A stretch of DNA of 64,000 nucleotides from Nitrospirales bacterium (GTDB taxonomy: Bacteria > Nitrospirota > Nitrospiria > Nitrospirales > UBA8639): positions 225,175 to 289,174 of the forward strand of contig OZ253473.1 in NCBI GenBank assembly GCA_965261755.1, in the 5' to 3' direction. The translations under genes were made by a program, and so were the position numbers. The notes under the pieces were generated by a model. That model did no database searches. It saw nothing but the letters and a program-made list of their open reading frames with translations, and had not been told where the DNA came from. Shown piece after piece: positions 36,810 to 47,930 of the stretch (its first letter is position 1; the number at the start of each line of letters is the position of its first letter).

Positions 36810-37085
36810 ATGGTCAGCATAACCCTTATGGGAGATTTAGAAACATCTGACGGCGAACGAAGTTTGTCCTGTGAACTGGAAGATCCCCTTTCGGTGAAAC
36901 AACTGATTAAACAGCAGGGGCGCAACCTTCGACAGGTGACCAGGCTCTTACGAGAAAATAAGGTGATGGTGACGATCAATCGACGAGTGGCGAGCGAAGA
37001 TACACCCGTGCACGATGGAGACGAAATCAGCCTCGTGGCTCATGATGGAATGGGTACGATAGGGTTGGGGGCTTCGTTTTATTAA
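36810..37085 (+). CDS. MoaD/ThiS-like beta-grasp protein without a C-terminal GG (tentative)
   Basis: ATG 36810 lies 6 nt after AGAGAGG. V.ITL.G.L...VTINRRVASEDTPVHDGDEISL resembles sulfur-carrier folds, but the tail continues as VAHDGMGTIGLGASFY. Confidence 0.35.
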   Translation: MVSITLMGDLETSDGERSLSCELEDPLSVKQLIKQQGRNLRQVTRLLRENKVMVTINRRVASEDTPVHDGDEISLVAHDGMGTIGLGASFY

Positions 37086-37255
37086 AACAAAACCTTGGTG
37101 CCGCCCGTTTCAGAGCAGAAGACTTTCAAGCGGCGAGTCGGCTTTACAAGCGACTCTTTTGGCTTTTCCTGAAAAACCTGTTCCTTCGTTATCCCTGTTC
37201 GCAAAAGGGGGTGATTCGCCCCTCTCACCGTCAAAACTCTTCCGCACCTGAAAAT

Positions 37256-37543
37256 TTACTTTTTGCCTAAGATGGAATCTTTCGCGACTTTGGCTACCCG
37301 AAACTTCACCACTTTCTTGGCCGGAATCTTGATCGGTTCACCGGTTTGGGGATTTCTTCCGGTTCGAGCTTTCCGATGAGACAGCACTATCTTGCCAAGT
37401 CCGGGCACGGTAAAAGAGTTCTTCGCTTCTTTGTAAGCCAAGGCAGCCAGGTTATCGAGAATTTCACTCGTAATCTTTTTTGTCACTCCAGACTTTGTCG
37501 CCAACTGATCAACGATCTGGGATTTTGTCATAGCTTTGGCCAT
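37256..37543 (-). CDS. hup: HU-family nucleoid-associated DNA-binding protein
   Basis: MTKSQIVDQLA..., FTVPGLGK and RKARTGRNPQTGEPIKIPAKKVVKF. ATG 37543 follows GAGGAGG. Confidence 0.9.
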   Translation of the reverse strand: MAKAMTKSQIVDQLATKSGVTKKITSEILDNLAALAYKEAKNSFTVPGLGKIVLSHRKARTGRNPQTGEPIKIPAKKVVKFRVAKVAKDSILGKK

Positions 37544-37840
37544 GAGGAACCTCCTCTTCTTCAAAAGGGAAGCGTGTCAGTAGGATAGAACACGTGTAGA
37601 ATAAGCTTACTAAGGGAGATTTCTTGAAACGATTAACGGCCCCTGAATACCACAAAGACCACCATAGAAGACGGGAGCGAGTCTACCGAAAGCGTGATAC
37701 ACTGTCAACCACAAAACCCTTGTATGATGCGAGACATCGCCGAGTTTTTCCATAAACGACCGATCGGTTTCCTTGAAGACTAGGCTCCGACCACGGTACA
37801 GTGTGCGTTATCTGAGTGATTCAATTGGAGGGGAACTGCC

Positions 37841-38422
37841 ATGGGAAAAGAATTATCCGTCATTTCACTGACAAAATCCGATGACGCGGGAAACGAGTTT
37901 CTCTATTCCCGGGTTTTTTGCCAACGCAAGGACCCTCCCCCGCTCCGCCTGTTATTGGATTTTTTAAAATCGAAAAACCAAGTGCCCCTCATACCCAAAA
38001 TGGATCCTGACGTGCTCGATGAGTATTCATGGATCCAAGTGGCGCTCGGATATCACCGTGAGAAGAAACCGCTTCAACTCTTTTGCATTCGCAATGAAGG
38101 CACCTATCAGGACGTCTTTGAACAAGAACAGACGGGGTTTTCCGCGCAACTGTCCGCCTTTGGTGACGTGGAGGCCGATCTGGCGAGAGAATTCGTCGTG
38201 CGAGCCCACTTTATTCTTACGACTCGAATGCTCAAAAACGACATCACCGAGGAGGGCTATGATTTCAACGGGTGGATCCTGGAATTCTTCCAGGACAACT
38301 GTAACGGGGTTGTCCAAATCGACGGGCAGGGCTTTTTCTCGCCGAAAGGGGAACTCGTCGTGGACTTGCAGAATGAGCCCGCACAGCACGACTTCTCCAA
38401 ACCGGAAATCCAGCCGTCCTGA
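37841..38422 (+). CDS. Hypothetical protein
   Basis: ORF with a GGAGGGG RBS. I recognise no motif. Confidence 0.5.
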   Translation: MGKELSVISLTKSDDAGNEFLYSRVFCQRKDPPPLRLLLDFLKSKNQVPLIPKMDPDVLDEYSWIQVALGYHREKKPLQLFCIRNEGTYQDVFEQEQTGFSAQLSAFGDVEADLAREFVVRAHFILTTRMLKNDITEEGYDFNGWILEFFQDNCNGVVQIDGQGFFSPKGELVVDLQNEPAQHDFSKPEIQPS

Positions 38423-38429
38423 CTCTTTA

Positions 38430-38571
38430 GGAACCTCTGATTTTTTGCACTATCGGGCGCATGGCTGCGTTGTGTCCTCGCTCAACCCTCGACTATCCAC
38501 TTGATATGTCTCGGGTTTCCCTGCGGGACGCCTTGCCCTGCATCCCGCTATCACAATAAATCAGAAGTTCC
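38430..38571 (+). repeat. Palindromic MITE-like element, copy A (about 142 bp)
   Basis: Termini are GGAACCTCTGATTT...AAATCAGAAGTTCC. It is about 88% identical by eye to the reverse complement of 56893-57035. The two arms are partly self-complementary. Confidence 0.8.
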
Positions 38572-38584
38572 TTTATCGATTTGG

Positions 38585-39895
38585 CTATTGGGAAAAAGGA
38601 CCCGCGAGCAGGTCGTCCACCACTGAACGAAAGGTTTTCTGAGGAACTCCGTTCAGATAGCCGCGATAGCCGATGCCGTCTTTGACCACTTCCGCCAACG
38701 TCCCTTGGTCGAACAAGTGCGGTTCGGCAATGACGTCATCCCGGCTGAACAGAATGTCGGCCCGATACCCCGGCACCAATTGACCGGCATCGTCTTGTCC
38801 AATGCGCTCGGCAGCGAGCCCCGTCCCGCTGTGCCACGCTGCCAGGGGAGGCACGCCATCCTTGATCAGGGAGACCATCTCCATATAATTCCGGCCGTGC
38901 ATATGGGGAAGGATTGGATCGGTCCCCGTGATCATCGTGAGACCACTCGCCTGCGCAATTCGGACCGCTTCGGCATGGACCCGAGTCACTTGTTGCACTT
39001 TCTCGGCGACCAAAGGAGAAAGGTCCTCCACCTTGGGCAACTCATAATTGATCCAGGACGTGGGGGTCACCGTACACCCTTTGGCATAGGCTTTTTCCGC
39101 CAAAGATTCATTCAGAAACGAGATATGCTGAATATCATGCACCCCGCAATCAATGGCCAATTCGATCCCGTGCCGGCTATGGGCATGGGCCGCGACCATC
39201 ATGCCGCGACCGGCGGCTTCGTCACAAATCGCTTCGATTTCCGCTTGCGTAAAATCACGGTGCTCCAATTTATCCGAGGGGGACACGACCCCGGGGCTCG
39301 TACAAATTTTCACCAGGTCCCCGCCACACGCGGCGATTTCACGCACGCGTTTTCGACAGTCCCAGGGCCCGTCCACAATGCTCGAGGGACGACCGGGGCC
39401 CGCGGGCCACAACCGGGAGACCGTCTCATGGCAGCGGTCCGTGCCGCGAAAATCCGCATGACCGCCGGTCGTGGACAGCATGCAAATGGCAATTTTCAAA
39501 CGCGGCCCGATGAGGAGCCCTTCCTCCACCAATCGTTTCACCACGTGTGTGGCCCCTCCCACGTCACGAACGGTCGTCACGCCGCCATGGACCAACGTGG
39601 CATAGAGAATCCGCTCGGTATAGAGCAGACCGGCTGGCCCGTTCATGGCAGCCAGGTCTTCGTCGCGGATGCCCAACACGGTGACATGCCCATGGCAATC
39701 GACGAGCCCCGGGGTCGCGGTGAGTGAAGAACAATCAACGTGGCGAACGTCGTGCCCGTCAGAAGGCCCGGCCTGATGCGGTTTCACCGCTTCGATTTTG
39801 CCCCCTTCAACCCACACGTCGACTCTTTCATGAACCGCCGCACTGGTGCCTGAAGTTCCGTCATACAATTTCTTGATGTTGGAGAAAATGATCAT
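38585..39895 (-). CDS. Amidohydrolase-family metallohydrolase
   Basis: PGLVDCHGHV metal-binding HxH, later AAHAHS and ITGTD, the Amidohydro_1 pattern. Confidence 0.8.
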   Translation of the reverse strand: MIIFSNIKKLYDGTSGTSAAVHERVDVWVEGGKIEAVKPHQAGPSDGHDVRHVDCSSLTATPGLVDCHGHVTVLGIRDEDLAAMNGPAGLLYTERILYATLVHGGVTTVRDVGGATHVVKRLVEEGLLIGPRLKIAICMLSTTGGHADFRGTDRCHETVSRLWPAGPGRPSSIVDGPWDCRKRVREIAACGGDLVKICTSPGVVSPSDKLEHRDFTQAEIEAICDEAAGRGMMVAAHAHSRHGIELAIDCGVHDIQHISFLNESLAEKAYAKGCTVTPTSWINYELPKVEDLSPLVAEKVQQVTRVHAEAVRIAQASGLTMITGTDPILPHMHGRNYMEMVSLIKDGVPPLAAWHSGTGLAAERIGQDDAGQLVPGYRADILFSRDDVIAEPHLFDQGTLAEVVKDGIGYRGYLNGVPQKTFRSVVDDLLAGPFSQ

Positions 39896-40258
39896 CGTGT
39901 CACCCTGCGTGGAAGTCGTGAGTTTTCTTGTGTACCGGAACCTCGAAAATTTCTCAAGCCACGAAAATGAGGATCTTCGGCAACGTGCAGAATGAGGGTT
40001 CGTCGGATTCCGGAACGGCGCGGCGCGACGACGGTTGGCGAGGACGCCTGGCGTGCTCTATGAGTACGGCCTTTTGATGCCGAATGCCGCCTTTCCTGAT
40101 TGAAAAATGCTGAAATATCTGGATAATGTAGGTTGGCTTCCTTCCCGTTTTTGTGGCCATTTCCCCTCGCCACGAGGCAAACAGTATCATGCTCCGTGAG
40201 AACATCGAAAGAGGAATGGAACGATTTGGCCTTGTGCCCCTAGCGGCCGTCACCCAAC

Positions 40259-41701
40259 GTGAAAATTTCTGATCTTATGGCTGATTTTAAGAATTTCGAC
40301 GAAATGTTCGGGACGGGCGAACAGCGTCGCGAGTCTTATCGTGACTATCACCAATGGCTTGAGTCCCAGGACTCGGCGTGGCTGCATCGTAAGTCAGATG
40401 AAGCCGAGACCGTTTTTCGCAGGATCGGGATCACCTTCAGCGTGTATGGAGAGGAGGAAGCCAGTGAACGACTGATCCCGTTCGACGTCGTGCCGCGCAT
40501 CATTTCCAGTCGTGAATGGTCACGGCTTGTTCGCGGGATTCGGCAGCGGGTCCAGGCGATGAATGCCTTTCTGCACGACGTGTATCACCGCCAGGAAATC
40601 ATTCGGGCGGGTCGCATTCCGGTAGAGTTGATCGTTGAAAATGATGCGTTTCTCCCACAGATGATCGGCGTCTCGCCACCGGGTAACGTCTATACCCACA
40701 TCGTCGGCGTCGATATCGTCCGCACCGGCGAAAACGAATTCCACGTCCTGGAGGACAATGCTCGCACTCCGTCCGGAGTGTCCTACATGCTGGAGAATCG
40801 GGAAATCATGCTCCAGATGTTTCCGGAACTGTTTGCGCAGATCAACGTGCAGGCCGTCGGGGACTATCCCAAAAACCTGCGACGCTCGCTCGGCAACTGC
40901 GCACCACGTTCGTGCGAGGGGACGCCGGTCCTCGCGGTGCTGACCCCCGGCATCTACAATTCGGCCTATTTTGAGCACGCGTTCCTTGCCGCCCAAATGG
41001 GCGCGGAGTTGGTCGAAGGTCATGATCTGCGCGTGGTCGATGGACGCATCGCCATGCGTACCACCCAAGGGTATGCACCCATTGACGTCATTTACCGACG
41101 CGTGGACGACGAATACCTTGACCCGCTCAACTTCAATCCGCAGTCACTCCTGGGGGTGCCGGGCATTTTCGACGTCTACAGGGCCGGCGGGGTCACCATC
41201 GCCAATGCCCCCGGCACGGGCATTGCCGATGATAAGGCCGTCTATTCGTATATGCCGGACATCATCGAGTTCTATACGGGCGAAAAGGCGCTGCTGAAAA
41301 ACGTGCCGACCTGGCGTTGCTCCGAGCCTGATGCGTTGCGCTACGTGCTGGACCACCTGTCCGAGTTGGTCGTCAAGGAGGTGCATGGTTCCGGCGGGTA
41401 TGGAATGCTGGTAGGGCCTGCCGCGAGCAAGAAGGAACTTGTCGCGTTCCGGAACAAGTTGGAAGCAAGACCCGGCAAGTATATTGCCCAGCCCACCCTT
41501 TCACTTTCAACGACGCCGATTCTTACCAAGAATGGCCTGGCCCCGCGCCACGTGGACCTGCGTGTCTTTGTCCTGGTGTCGCCGGACGGGATTCATATGA
41601 CTCAGGGCGGGCTGACCCGCGTGGCGTTGAACAAGGGGTCGCTTGTCGTCAATTCCAGCCAGGGCGGCGGCACCAAGGACACCTGGGTCCTGGAGGAATA
41701 A
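40259..41701 (+). CDS. Circularly permuted type 2 ATP-grasp protein
   Basis: Length and blocks (GITFSVYG, IPFDVVPRII, VLEDNARTPSGVSYMLENR, VVKEVHGSGGYGM) fit CP_ATPgrasp_2. It is the first gene of the conserved ATP-grasp / alpha-E / transglutaminase trio. The start is GTG (alternative ATG 40277). Confidence 0.75.
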   Translation: MKISDLMADFKNFDEMFGTGEQRRESYRDYHQWLESQDSAWLHRKSDEAETVFRRIGITFSVYGEEEASERLIPFDVVPRIISSREWSRLVRGIRQRVQAMNAFLHDVYHRQEIIRAGRIPVELIVENDAFLPQMIGVSPPGNVYTHIVGVDIVRTGENEFHVLEDNARTPSGVSYMLENREIMLQMFPELFAQINVQAVGDYPKNLRRSLGNCAPRSCEGTPVLAVLTPGIYNSAYFEHAFLAAQMGAELVEGHDLRVVDGRIAMRTTQGYAPIDVIYRRVDDEYLDPLNFNPQSLLGVPGIFDVYRAGGVTIANAPGTGIADDKAVYSYMPDIIEFYTGEKALLKNVPTWRCSEPDALRYVLDHLSELVVKEVHGSGGYGMLVGPAASKKELVAFRNKLEARPGKYIAQPTLSLSTTPILTKNGLAPRHVDLRVFVLVSPDGIHMTQGGLTRVALNKGSLVVNSSQGGGTKDTWVLEE

Positions 41702-41706
41702 CCGCG

Positions 41707-42648
41707 ATGCTCGGGAAAACCGCCGACGGCCTGTTCTGGATGTTTCGTTACCTTGAACGAAACGAAAACACCGCACGCCTGCTCGACGCCGGTTTTCGCA
41801 TTGCCCTGACTCGCGCCGCCGCCGCGGAGAACGAGTGGGCGTCCGTCATCACCACGATCGGCGTCAAGCAGCCTTTTATGGAAAAATACGAACGGATGGA
41901 TACGGACCACGTCATCGATTTCCTGTTACGCGACCCATCCAATCCTTCCAGCGTCATGTCGATGATTCAGTCCGCACGCGACAATGCCCGGCTCCTGCGC
42001 ACCGCGCTGACGCGTGAGCTCTGGTCGGCCACCAATGAATGCTGGCTGACCCTCAAGGAATTACTCGCCCGTCCCGTGCGAGAACGGGAGTTGCCCTTTG
42101 TCCTCAGCACGATCCAGCGGCAAAACGCCCTGCTCGGCGGCACGCTCCACGGCACCATGATGCGCAATGACATATTCAATTTCGCCCGTCTCGGTACGTT
42201 CCTGGAACGGGCGGACAACACGGCGCGCATCCTCGACGTCAAGTATTATTTGCTGTTGCCGTCCGTCTCGTTAGTCGGCAGCTCAGTGGATAACATTCAG
42301 TGGGAAACCATTCTCAGGTCGGTGTCGGCCCAACGCTCCTACCACCGGCTCCATAAAGGTGACGTTCGCCCAAGGGAGATCGCGAATTTCCTGATGCTCG
42401 ATCTCCGAATGCCGCGTTCTCTCGCCTTCTGCTATTCAAAGATCGTGGGTAATCTCACGCATCTCGCCAAAAATTACGAGGTTCGCCAGCCCTGCTTCGA
42501 CCAGGCGGAAACGGTGTTCGCCAGGCTGACGGACCGCTCAATCGAAGATATCTTCGAATCCGGGTTGCACGAATTTATCCAGAACTTCATCCAGGACAAC
42601 GATATCCTGGGAAGACAGATTGAAAAGGATTACCGCTTTTACGGATAG
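41707..42648 (+). CDS. Alpha-E domain protein
   Basis: ADGLFWMFRYLERNENTARLLD and FLERADNTARILDVKYY are typical Alpha-E (DUF403) motifs. Confidence 0.75.
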   Translation: MLGKTADGLFWMFRYLERNENTARLLDAGFRIALTRAAAAENEWASVITTIGVKQPFMEKYERMDTDHVIDFLLRDPSNPSSVMSMIQSARDNARLLRTALTRELWSATNECWLTLKELLARPVRERELPFVLSTIQRQNALLGGTLHGTMMRNDIFNFARLGTFLERADNTARILDVKYYLLLPSVSLVGSSVDNIQWETILRSVSAQRSYHRLHKGDVRPREIANFLMLDLRMPRSLAFCYSKIVGNLTHLAKNYEVRQPCFDQAETVFARLTDRSIEDIFESGLHEFIQNFIQDNDILGRQIEKDYRFYG

Positions 42649-42652
42649 CAGG

Positions 42653-43453
42653 ATGAGACTGAGCATTTCCCATCTCACGAAATACGAATACGACAAGCCC
42701 GTCCACTATGCGTTACAACAGGTTCGTCTGACGCCGAAGTCTCAGGCGTCGCAGAACGTGTTAACGTGGGACATTACGGTTGAAGGCGGTTGCAAACAGC
42801 TCGAGTTTACTGATCAGCACCACAACCTCGTGACCCTGATCAGCCTTCATGAAGATCGATCGGAGATCAGCATCCATTGCACAGGCGAGGTCGAAACGAT
42901 CGAGCAAAACGGGATTGCCGGCAAACAGCATGGCTACACGCCGTTGTGGTATTTCAAACGGTCGACCGCACTCACCAAGCCGGGTGAGCCGATTCACAAT
43001 CTCGTCAAATCGCTGGCCGGTGACGGCCGGGACGACCTGACACGACTGCACGCGCTCTCCGGTCTTGTTGCGAAGGCCGTTTCCTATAAGAAAGGACTGA
43101 CAAATTCCCAGACCACGGCGGAAGACGCGCTACGGGCAGGGCAGGGCGTGTGCCAGGACCATACGCATGTGTTTCTCAGTGCGGCACGGCTTCTTGGCTT
43201 TCCGGCTCGGTACGTCAGCGGGTATCTCATGCTGGAGAACCACGTGGAACAGGACGCAAGCCATGCCTGGGCGGAAGCATGGATCGAGCACATAGGATGG
43301 ACCGGGTTTGACGTGTCAAACGGTGTCTCGCCGGATGATCGCTACGTGCGCGTGGCAACGGGTCTTGATTATAGAGACGCCGCGCCCATATCCGGCATTC
43401 GGATAGGAGACGCCCAAGAATCCATGATCGTCACCGTCCACGTGCAACGGTAA
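42653..43453 (+). CDS. Transglutaminase-family protein (Bact_transglu_N + transglutaminase core)
   Basis: MRLSISHLTKYEYDKPV at the N-terminus and GQGVCQDHTHVFLSAARLLGFPARYVSGY (catalytic Cys context), then HAWAEAW...FD. Confidence 0.8.
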   Translation: MRLSISHLTKYEYDKPVHYALQQVRLTPKSQASQNVLTWDITVEGGCKQLEFTDQHHNLVTLISLHEDRSEISIHCTGEVETIEQNGIAGKQHGYTPLWYFKRSTALTKPGEPIHNLVKSLAGDGRDDLTRLHALSGLVAKAVSYKKGLTNSQTTAEDALRAGQGVCQDHTHVFLSAARLLGFPARYVSGYLMLENHVEQDASHAWAEAWIEHIGWTGFDVSNGVSPDDRYVRVATGLDYRDAAPISGIRIGDAQESMIVTVHVQR

Positions 43454-43685
43454 AAAGCCCCGACGACGGCAGATCACTTGGCAGGGTCCGGGAGACCATG
43501 ATAGGCTTATGAATGAGGTCGAAAATGCGTGCGATCGGCCATGAACGCCAACCACCGCCGCATCAATCTCTTCATATTCGTTGAACGCAATCGCCTGTGC
43601 CGTCTCTACCCTTTCGCAACGTTGCGCTGAAAAGACCATCATGAACCGTTTTCATCCAGACTGAGCATGGCTCTTTCCTCGCTTC

Positions 43686-46565
43686 ATGACTGACCGCACC
43701 CCACAGAATTGGTTGAAGCCCGCGAAGACGTTCCTTGATCGACACGTGGGGCCGACAGAGGCCGAGATTCGGGAGATGGTGAACGTCCTCGGTTTCCCAT
43801 CGCTGGAGACGTTGATCCACGCCACGGTCCCTGAAGACATTCGCCTTCATGAGTCGCTCAACTTGCCGGCTCCCCGGAGCGAGCAGGAGGTTGTATCCGA
43901 CCTCCGGCGCATGGCCCGAAAGAATCACGTGTTCCGTTCGTTTATCGGGATGGGGTATTACGATTGTCACACGCCCCCGGTCATTCTCCGGAACATGTTG
44001 GAAAATCCGGCGTGGTACACCCAGTACACGCCCTACCAGGCAGAAATTGCCCAAGGACGCCTGGAAGCCCTTCTCAATTTTCAAACGATGGTGGCTGATC
44101 TCACAGGCCTCCCTTTGGCCAATGCGTCCCTGCTGGATGAAGGGACCGCCGCAGCGGAAGCCATGGCCATGTGCAAAGCCATCACCGGCCGTCAGGCGTT
44201 TTTCGCTTCGGAAGAGTGTCATCCGCAAACGCTGGCCGTGGTCCGGACTCGCGCCGCATCGCTCGGTCTCCATTTGGATATCGGTCCGGTCGATGAGATC
44301 GACTGGGAACGGGCGTCGTATTGCGGGCTCCTCCTGCAATATCCCACCACGGACGGCACATTTCGCAACGACCACGACCTGGTCGGGCGAGCCCATGACG
44401 GGGGCACACAGGTCGTCGTGGCCACGGACCTGCTCGCGCTGACCCTCTTCAAACCACCGGGAGAATTCGGTGCGGATATCGCCGTGGGATCCAGCCAGCG
44501 CTTCGGGGTTCCTATGGGATTCGGAGGCCCGCATGCCGCGTTCCTGGCCACGCGCGAAGCCTACAAGCGCCAACTACCCGGACGAATTGTCGGCGTGTCC
44601 AAAGATAGTCAGGGGCGAAGGGCTTACCGGCTGGCGTTACAGACCCGGGAGCAACATATTCGTCGCGACCGGGCCACAAGTAACATCTGTACGGCTCAAG
44701 TGCTGTTGGCCAATATTGCCGGCATGTATGCCGTGTATCACGGACCCGACGGGCTGAAACGCATTGCCGAGCGCGTCCACGGTTTGACCCTTGTCCTCGC
44801 CGAGGGCTTGACCCGTCTCGGGTGTCGCGTTCCGGACGAACACTTTTTCGATACGTTGCGGGTGTCCACCGGCGTGCTCCCGGCGGACCGGATCCGCGAC
44901 CGGGCGGAGCAGCATCGTCTCAACCTTCGAGAATTTGCAGACGGCTCCTTCGGTATCGCATTGGATGAAACCACGACCCTGGATGACGTGGAGACCCTCT
45001 GGAAAACGTTTTCAAAAGACGGTCAGTTGTGGTTTACGGCAAAAGAACTCGCGGAAACACGTTCCGTTTCGCTGCCGGCCATTTTTGCCCGCACGACCCC
45101 CTTTCTGACTCACGAAGTCTTTCACCGGTATCATTCCGAACATGAGCTGTTACGCTACATGCATCGTCTCCAGTCGCGAGACCTTTCGCTGGTTCATTCC
45201 ATGATTCCCCTGGGCTCCTGCACCATGAAACTCAACGCGACGGCGGAAATGCTCCCCGTGACGTGGCCGGAATTCAGTGGCATGCATCCGTTTGCCCCTC
45301 CGAAACAAACGGAAGGGTACACCCAACTGTTCAAGGAATTGGAGACCTGGCTCTCGGAGATTACGGGGTATCCGGCAATCTCGCTTCAACCCAACGCCGG
45401 CTCCCAAGGGGAATATGCCGGGCTGCTGGTCATTCGGGCGTATCACGAAAGCCACGGGCAAGGGCACCGGAACACGTGTCTGATTCCGGCGTCGGCTCAC
45501 GGGACCAACCCCGCGAGCGCGGCGATTGCCGGCCTGAAAGTCGTTCCCGTGGCCTGTGACGAACGCGGGAATATCGATCTTGTCGATTTGTGCGCCAAGG
45601 CCGGCCGTCACCACGATACGTTAGCCGCCCTCATGGTGACGTATCCTTCGACGCATGGGGTCTTTGAAGAAACGATTCAGGAAATCTGTCGCATCGTGCA
45701 CGAGCACGGCGGCCAGGTCTATATGGACGGCGCCAACATGAACGCGATGGTCGGGCTGTGCCGGCCGGCCGCCATCGGAGCCGACGTCTGTCATCTCAAC
45801 CTGCATAAGACCTTTTGCATTCCCCATGGCGGGGGAGGACCCGGGATGGGGCCGATTGCCGCCGCCGCGCACCTGGCTCCGTTTTTGCCCGGACATCCGA
45901 TCCGCGACACGGGCGGAGAACACGGCATCGGGCCGGTCTCCGCGGCACCCCAGGGGAGCCCGAGTATCCTGCCGATTTCCTGGGCCTTTATTGCGCTCAT
46001 GGGCGCCAAGGGGTTGACCCGGGCCACCAGCGTCGCCATTCTCAATGCCAATTACATGGCCAAGCGACTGGAGAAGGACTTTTCCATTCTGTACACCGGA
46101 AAGGGCGGCTTGTGCGCCCATGAATTTATTGTGGATTTGCGACCGTTCAAGAAGTCCGCCGCCGTTGAAGTGGAAGACGTGGCCAAACGCCTCATGGATT
46201 TTGGATTCCACGCCCCGACCATTTCATGGCCCGTGGCCGGCACGATGATGATTGAACCCACGGAAAGCGAATCCAAATCGGAACTCGATCAGTATTGCGA
46301 TGCACTTCTGACGATTCGACAAGAGATTAGAGACGTTGAAGAAGGACGACTCCCGCGAGACGACAATCCCCTGAAACATGCCCCGCATACGATTGAAGAC
46401 GTCACGAGACCGGACTGGAATCATGCTTACGGCCGCGAACGGGCGGCTTTCCCCCTGCCCTGGCTCCGGGACTTGAAATTCTGGCCTGCCGTTTCACGCA
46501 TCGACAGTGCGTATGGAGACCGCAACGTCGTCTGCACGTGTCCTCCAATCGAGGATTATCAATAA
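43686..46565 (+). CDS. gcvP: Glycine dehydrogenase (decarboxylating), single-chain P-protein
   Basis: 959 aa. Blocks include [54 protein letters not shown] and [18 protein letters not shown] (PLP lysine). Confidence 0.95.
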   Translation: MTDRTPQNWLKPAKTFLDRHVGPTEAEIREMVNVLGFPSLETLIHATVPEDIRLHESLNLPAPRSEQEVVSDLRRMARKNHVFRSFIGMGYYDCHTPPVILRNMLENPAWYTQYTPYQAEIAQGRLEALLNFQTMVADLTGLPLANASLLDEGTAAAEAMAMCKAITGRQAFFASEECHPQTLAVVRTRAASLGLHLDIGPVDEIDWERASYCGLLLQYPTTDGTFRNDHDLVGRAHDGGTQVVVATDLLALTLFKPPGEFGADIAVGSSQRFGVPMGFGGPHAAFLATREAYKRQLPGRIVGVSKDSQGRRAYRLALQTREQHIRRDRATSNICTAQVLLANIAGMYAVYHGPDGLKRIAERVHGLTLVLAEGLTRLGCRVPDEHFFDTLRVSTGVLPADRIRDRAEQHRLNLREFADGSFGIALDETTTLDDVETLWKTFSKDGQLWFTAKELAETRSVSLPAIFARTTPFLTHEVFHRYHSEHELLRYMHRLQSRDLSLVHSMIPLGSCTMKLNATAEMLPVTWPEFSGMHPFAPPKQTEGYTQLFKELETWLSEITGYPAISLQPNAGSQGEYAGLLVIRAYHESHGQGHRNTCLIPASAHGTNPASAAIAGLKVVPVACDERGNIDLVDLCAKAGRHHDTLAALMVTYPSTHGVFEETIQEICRIVHEHGGQVYMDGANMNAMVGLCRPAAIGADVCHLNLHKTFCIPHGGGGPGMGPIAAAAHLAPFLPGHPIRDTGGEHGIGPVSAAPQGSPSILPISWAFIALMGAKGLTRATSVAILNANYMAKRLEKDFSILYTGKGGLCAHEFIVDLRPFKKSAAVEVEDVAKRLMDFGFHAPTISWPVAGTMMIEPTESESKSELDQYCDALLTIRQEIRDVEEGRLPRDDNPLKHAPHTIEDVTRPDWNHAYGRERAAFPLPWLRDLKFWPAVSRIDSAYGDRNVVCTCPPIEDYQ

Positions 46566-46604
46566 CCCCGAACGCCCTGATTACAGGGTTCAACCGAAGG
46601 CACC

Positions 46605-47864
46605 ATGAAAACGAAAACATCAAACACGCTGCTGTGGGCCATCCTGTCAGGAATTGTTTTCGGAACGATCCTCGGGGGAAACTGGCCGGAAGCCGGACAT
46701 TCCGTTGCGTTTCTCGGAGAATTGTTTCTCAAGGCCTTATTCGTCCTCGTGGTCCCCCTGGTCATGAGCTCCATCATCGTCGGCGTCACCAGCCTCGGCG
46801 ACGTGCGGCAACTCGGCCCGCTGGGAGGCCGCGCGGTCCTGTATTTCATGACGACCACGGGCATCGCGGTCGTTATCGGGCTGATCCTGGTCTTACTGAT
46901 TCAGCCGGGGACCCCGGGAGCGGCTGAATCCGCTACCAGTGACATGACCACCGTCTCCGAACGATTGGCAGATAAACCCGACAGCGTGCCCGAGCTGCTC
47001 CGGACCATCCTGACCGGGCTCATCCCGAAAAATCTGTTCTCGGCCATGGCCAACGCCGACGTCCTGCCACTGATCATTTTTTCTTTGGTGTTCGGCGGGA
47101 TCCTGACGACGGTCGGAGAGCGGGGCAGGCTCGTGATTCAAGTCGTTGAAGGCGTGAACGAAGCCATCATGGCCATGGTCCATTTGCTGATGTGGGCTGC
47201 ACCGGTCGGAATCGGCGCATTGATTGCCGGCCGTTTGGGCGAGGCAGGAGGGTTCAGCGGCTTTTGGCCGCAATTGGTGCAATTAGGCGCCTATGCCGGC
47301 ACCGTCATCCTGGGCTTGTTGATCCACGGCTTGATCGTGATTCCCCTTCTCCTCCACTTTGTCGGGAAACGGAACGTCCTCACGTACGCAAGAAACCTCG
47401 GGACCGCCCTGACCACGGCGTTCTCCACCAGTTCGAGTTCGGCCACGCTTCCGCTCACCATGGAAGCCGTCATCGAGGAAAACAAGGTCTCGCCACGAAC
47501 CGCGCGCTTTGTGCTCCCCTTGGGCGCCACGATCAACATGGACGGCACGGCCCTCTACGAGGCGGTGGCCGCAGTGTTCATTGCGCAGTCCTATGGGATC
47601 GAACTCGGGTTCGCCCAGACGGTGATTATCGTGCTGACGGCGACCCTGGCCGCGGTCGGCGCAGCCGGCATCCCCGAAGCCGGTCTCGTCACGATGGTGA
47701 TCGTGCTGAAGTCCGTCAACCTGCCCATCGAAGGCATTGCCCTCATTCTGGTGATCGACTGGTTCCTGGACCGCTGCCGCACCACGGTCAACGTCTGGGG
47801 AGACGCGGCGGGATCGGCGGTGATCGACCGGTTGGAGAATAAGGCTAGACACGGCAGTGGGTGA
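46605..47864 (+). CDS. Dicarboxylate/amino acid:cation symporter (DAACS family)
   Basis: Multi-TM protein with SSSATLP and [18 protein letters not shown], the conserved SDF-family motifs. Confidence 0.85.
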   Translation: MKTKTSNTLLWAILSGIVFGTILGGNWPEAGHSVAFLGELFLKALFVLVVPLVMSSIIVGVTSLGDVRQLGPLGGRAVLYFMTTTGIAVVIGLILVLLIQPGTPGAAESATSDMTTVSERLADKPDSVPELLRTILTGLIPKNLFSAMANADVLPLIIFSLVFGGILTTVGERGRLVIQVVEGVNEAIMAMVHLLMWAAPVGIGALIAGRLGEAGGFSGFWPQLVQLGAYAGTVILGLLIHGLIVIPLLLHFVGKRNVLTYARNLGTALTTAFSTSSSSATLPLTMEAVIEENKVSPRTARFVLPLGATINMDGTALYEAVAAVFIAQSYGIELGFAQTVIIVLTATLAAVGAAGIPEAGLVTMVIVLKSVNLPIEGIALILVIDWFLDRCRTTVNVWGDAAGSAVIDRLENKARHGSG

Positions 47865-47930
47865 ACCCACCGCTTGCCTTGCGGCTCCTCAAGCATTCCC
47901 AGCCGAGGATCAGGAAAACCGATCCCCGGT

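Noticed and set aside
43454-43685. Looked for a glycine riboswitch upstream of gcvP, and in the 62-nt gap upstream of gcvT at 55029-55090.
   Set aside because: I could not find the conserved GGAGAG...CACCGAAGGGGCAA...CTCTGGAGAG-type aptamer cores. A covariance-model scan (Rfam RF00504) would be the decisive test.
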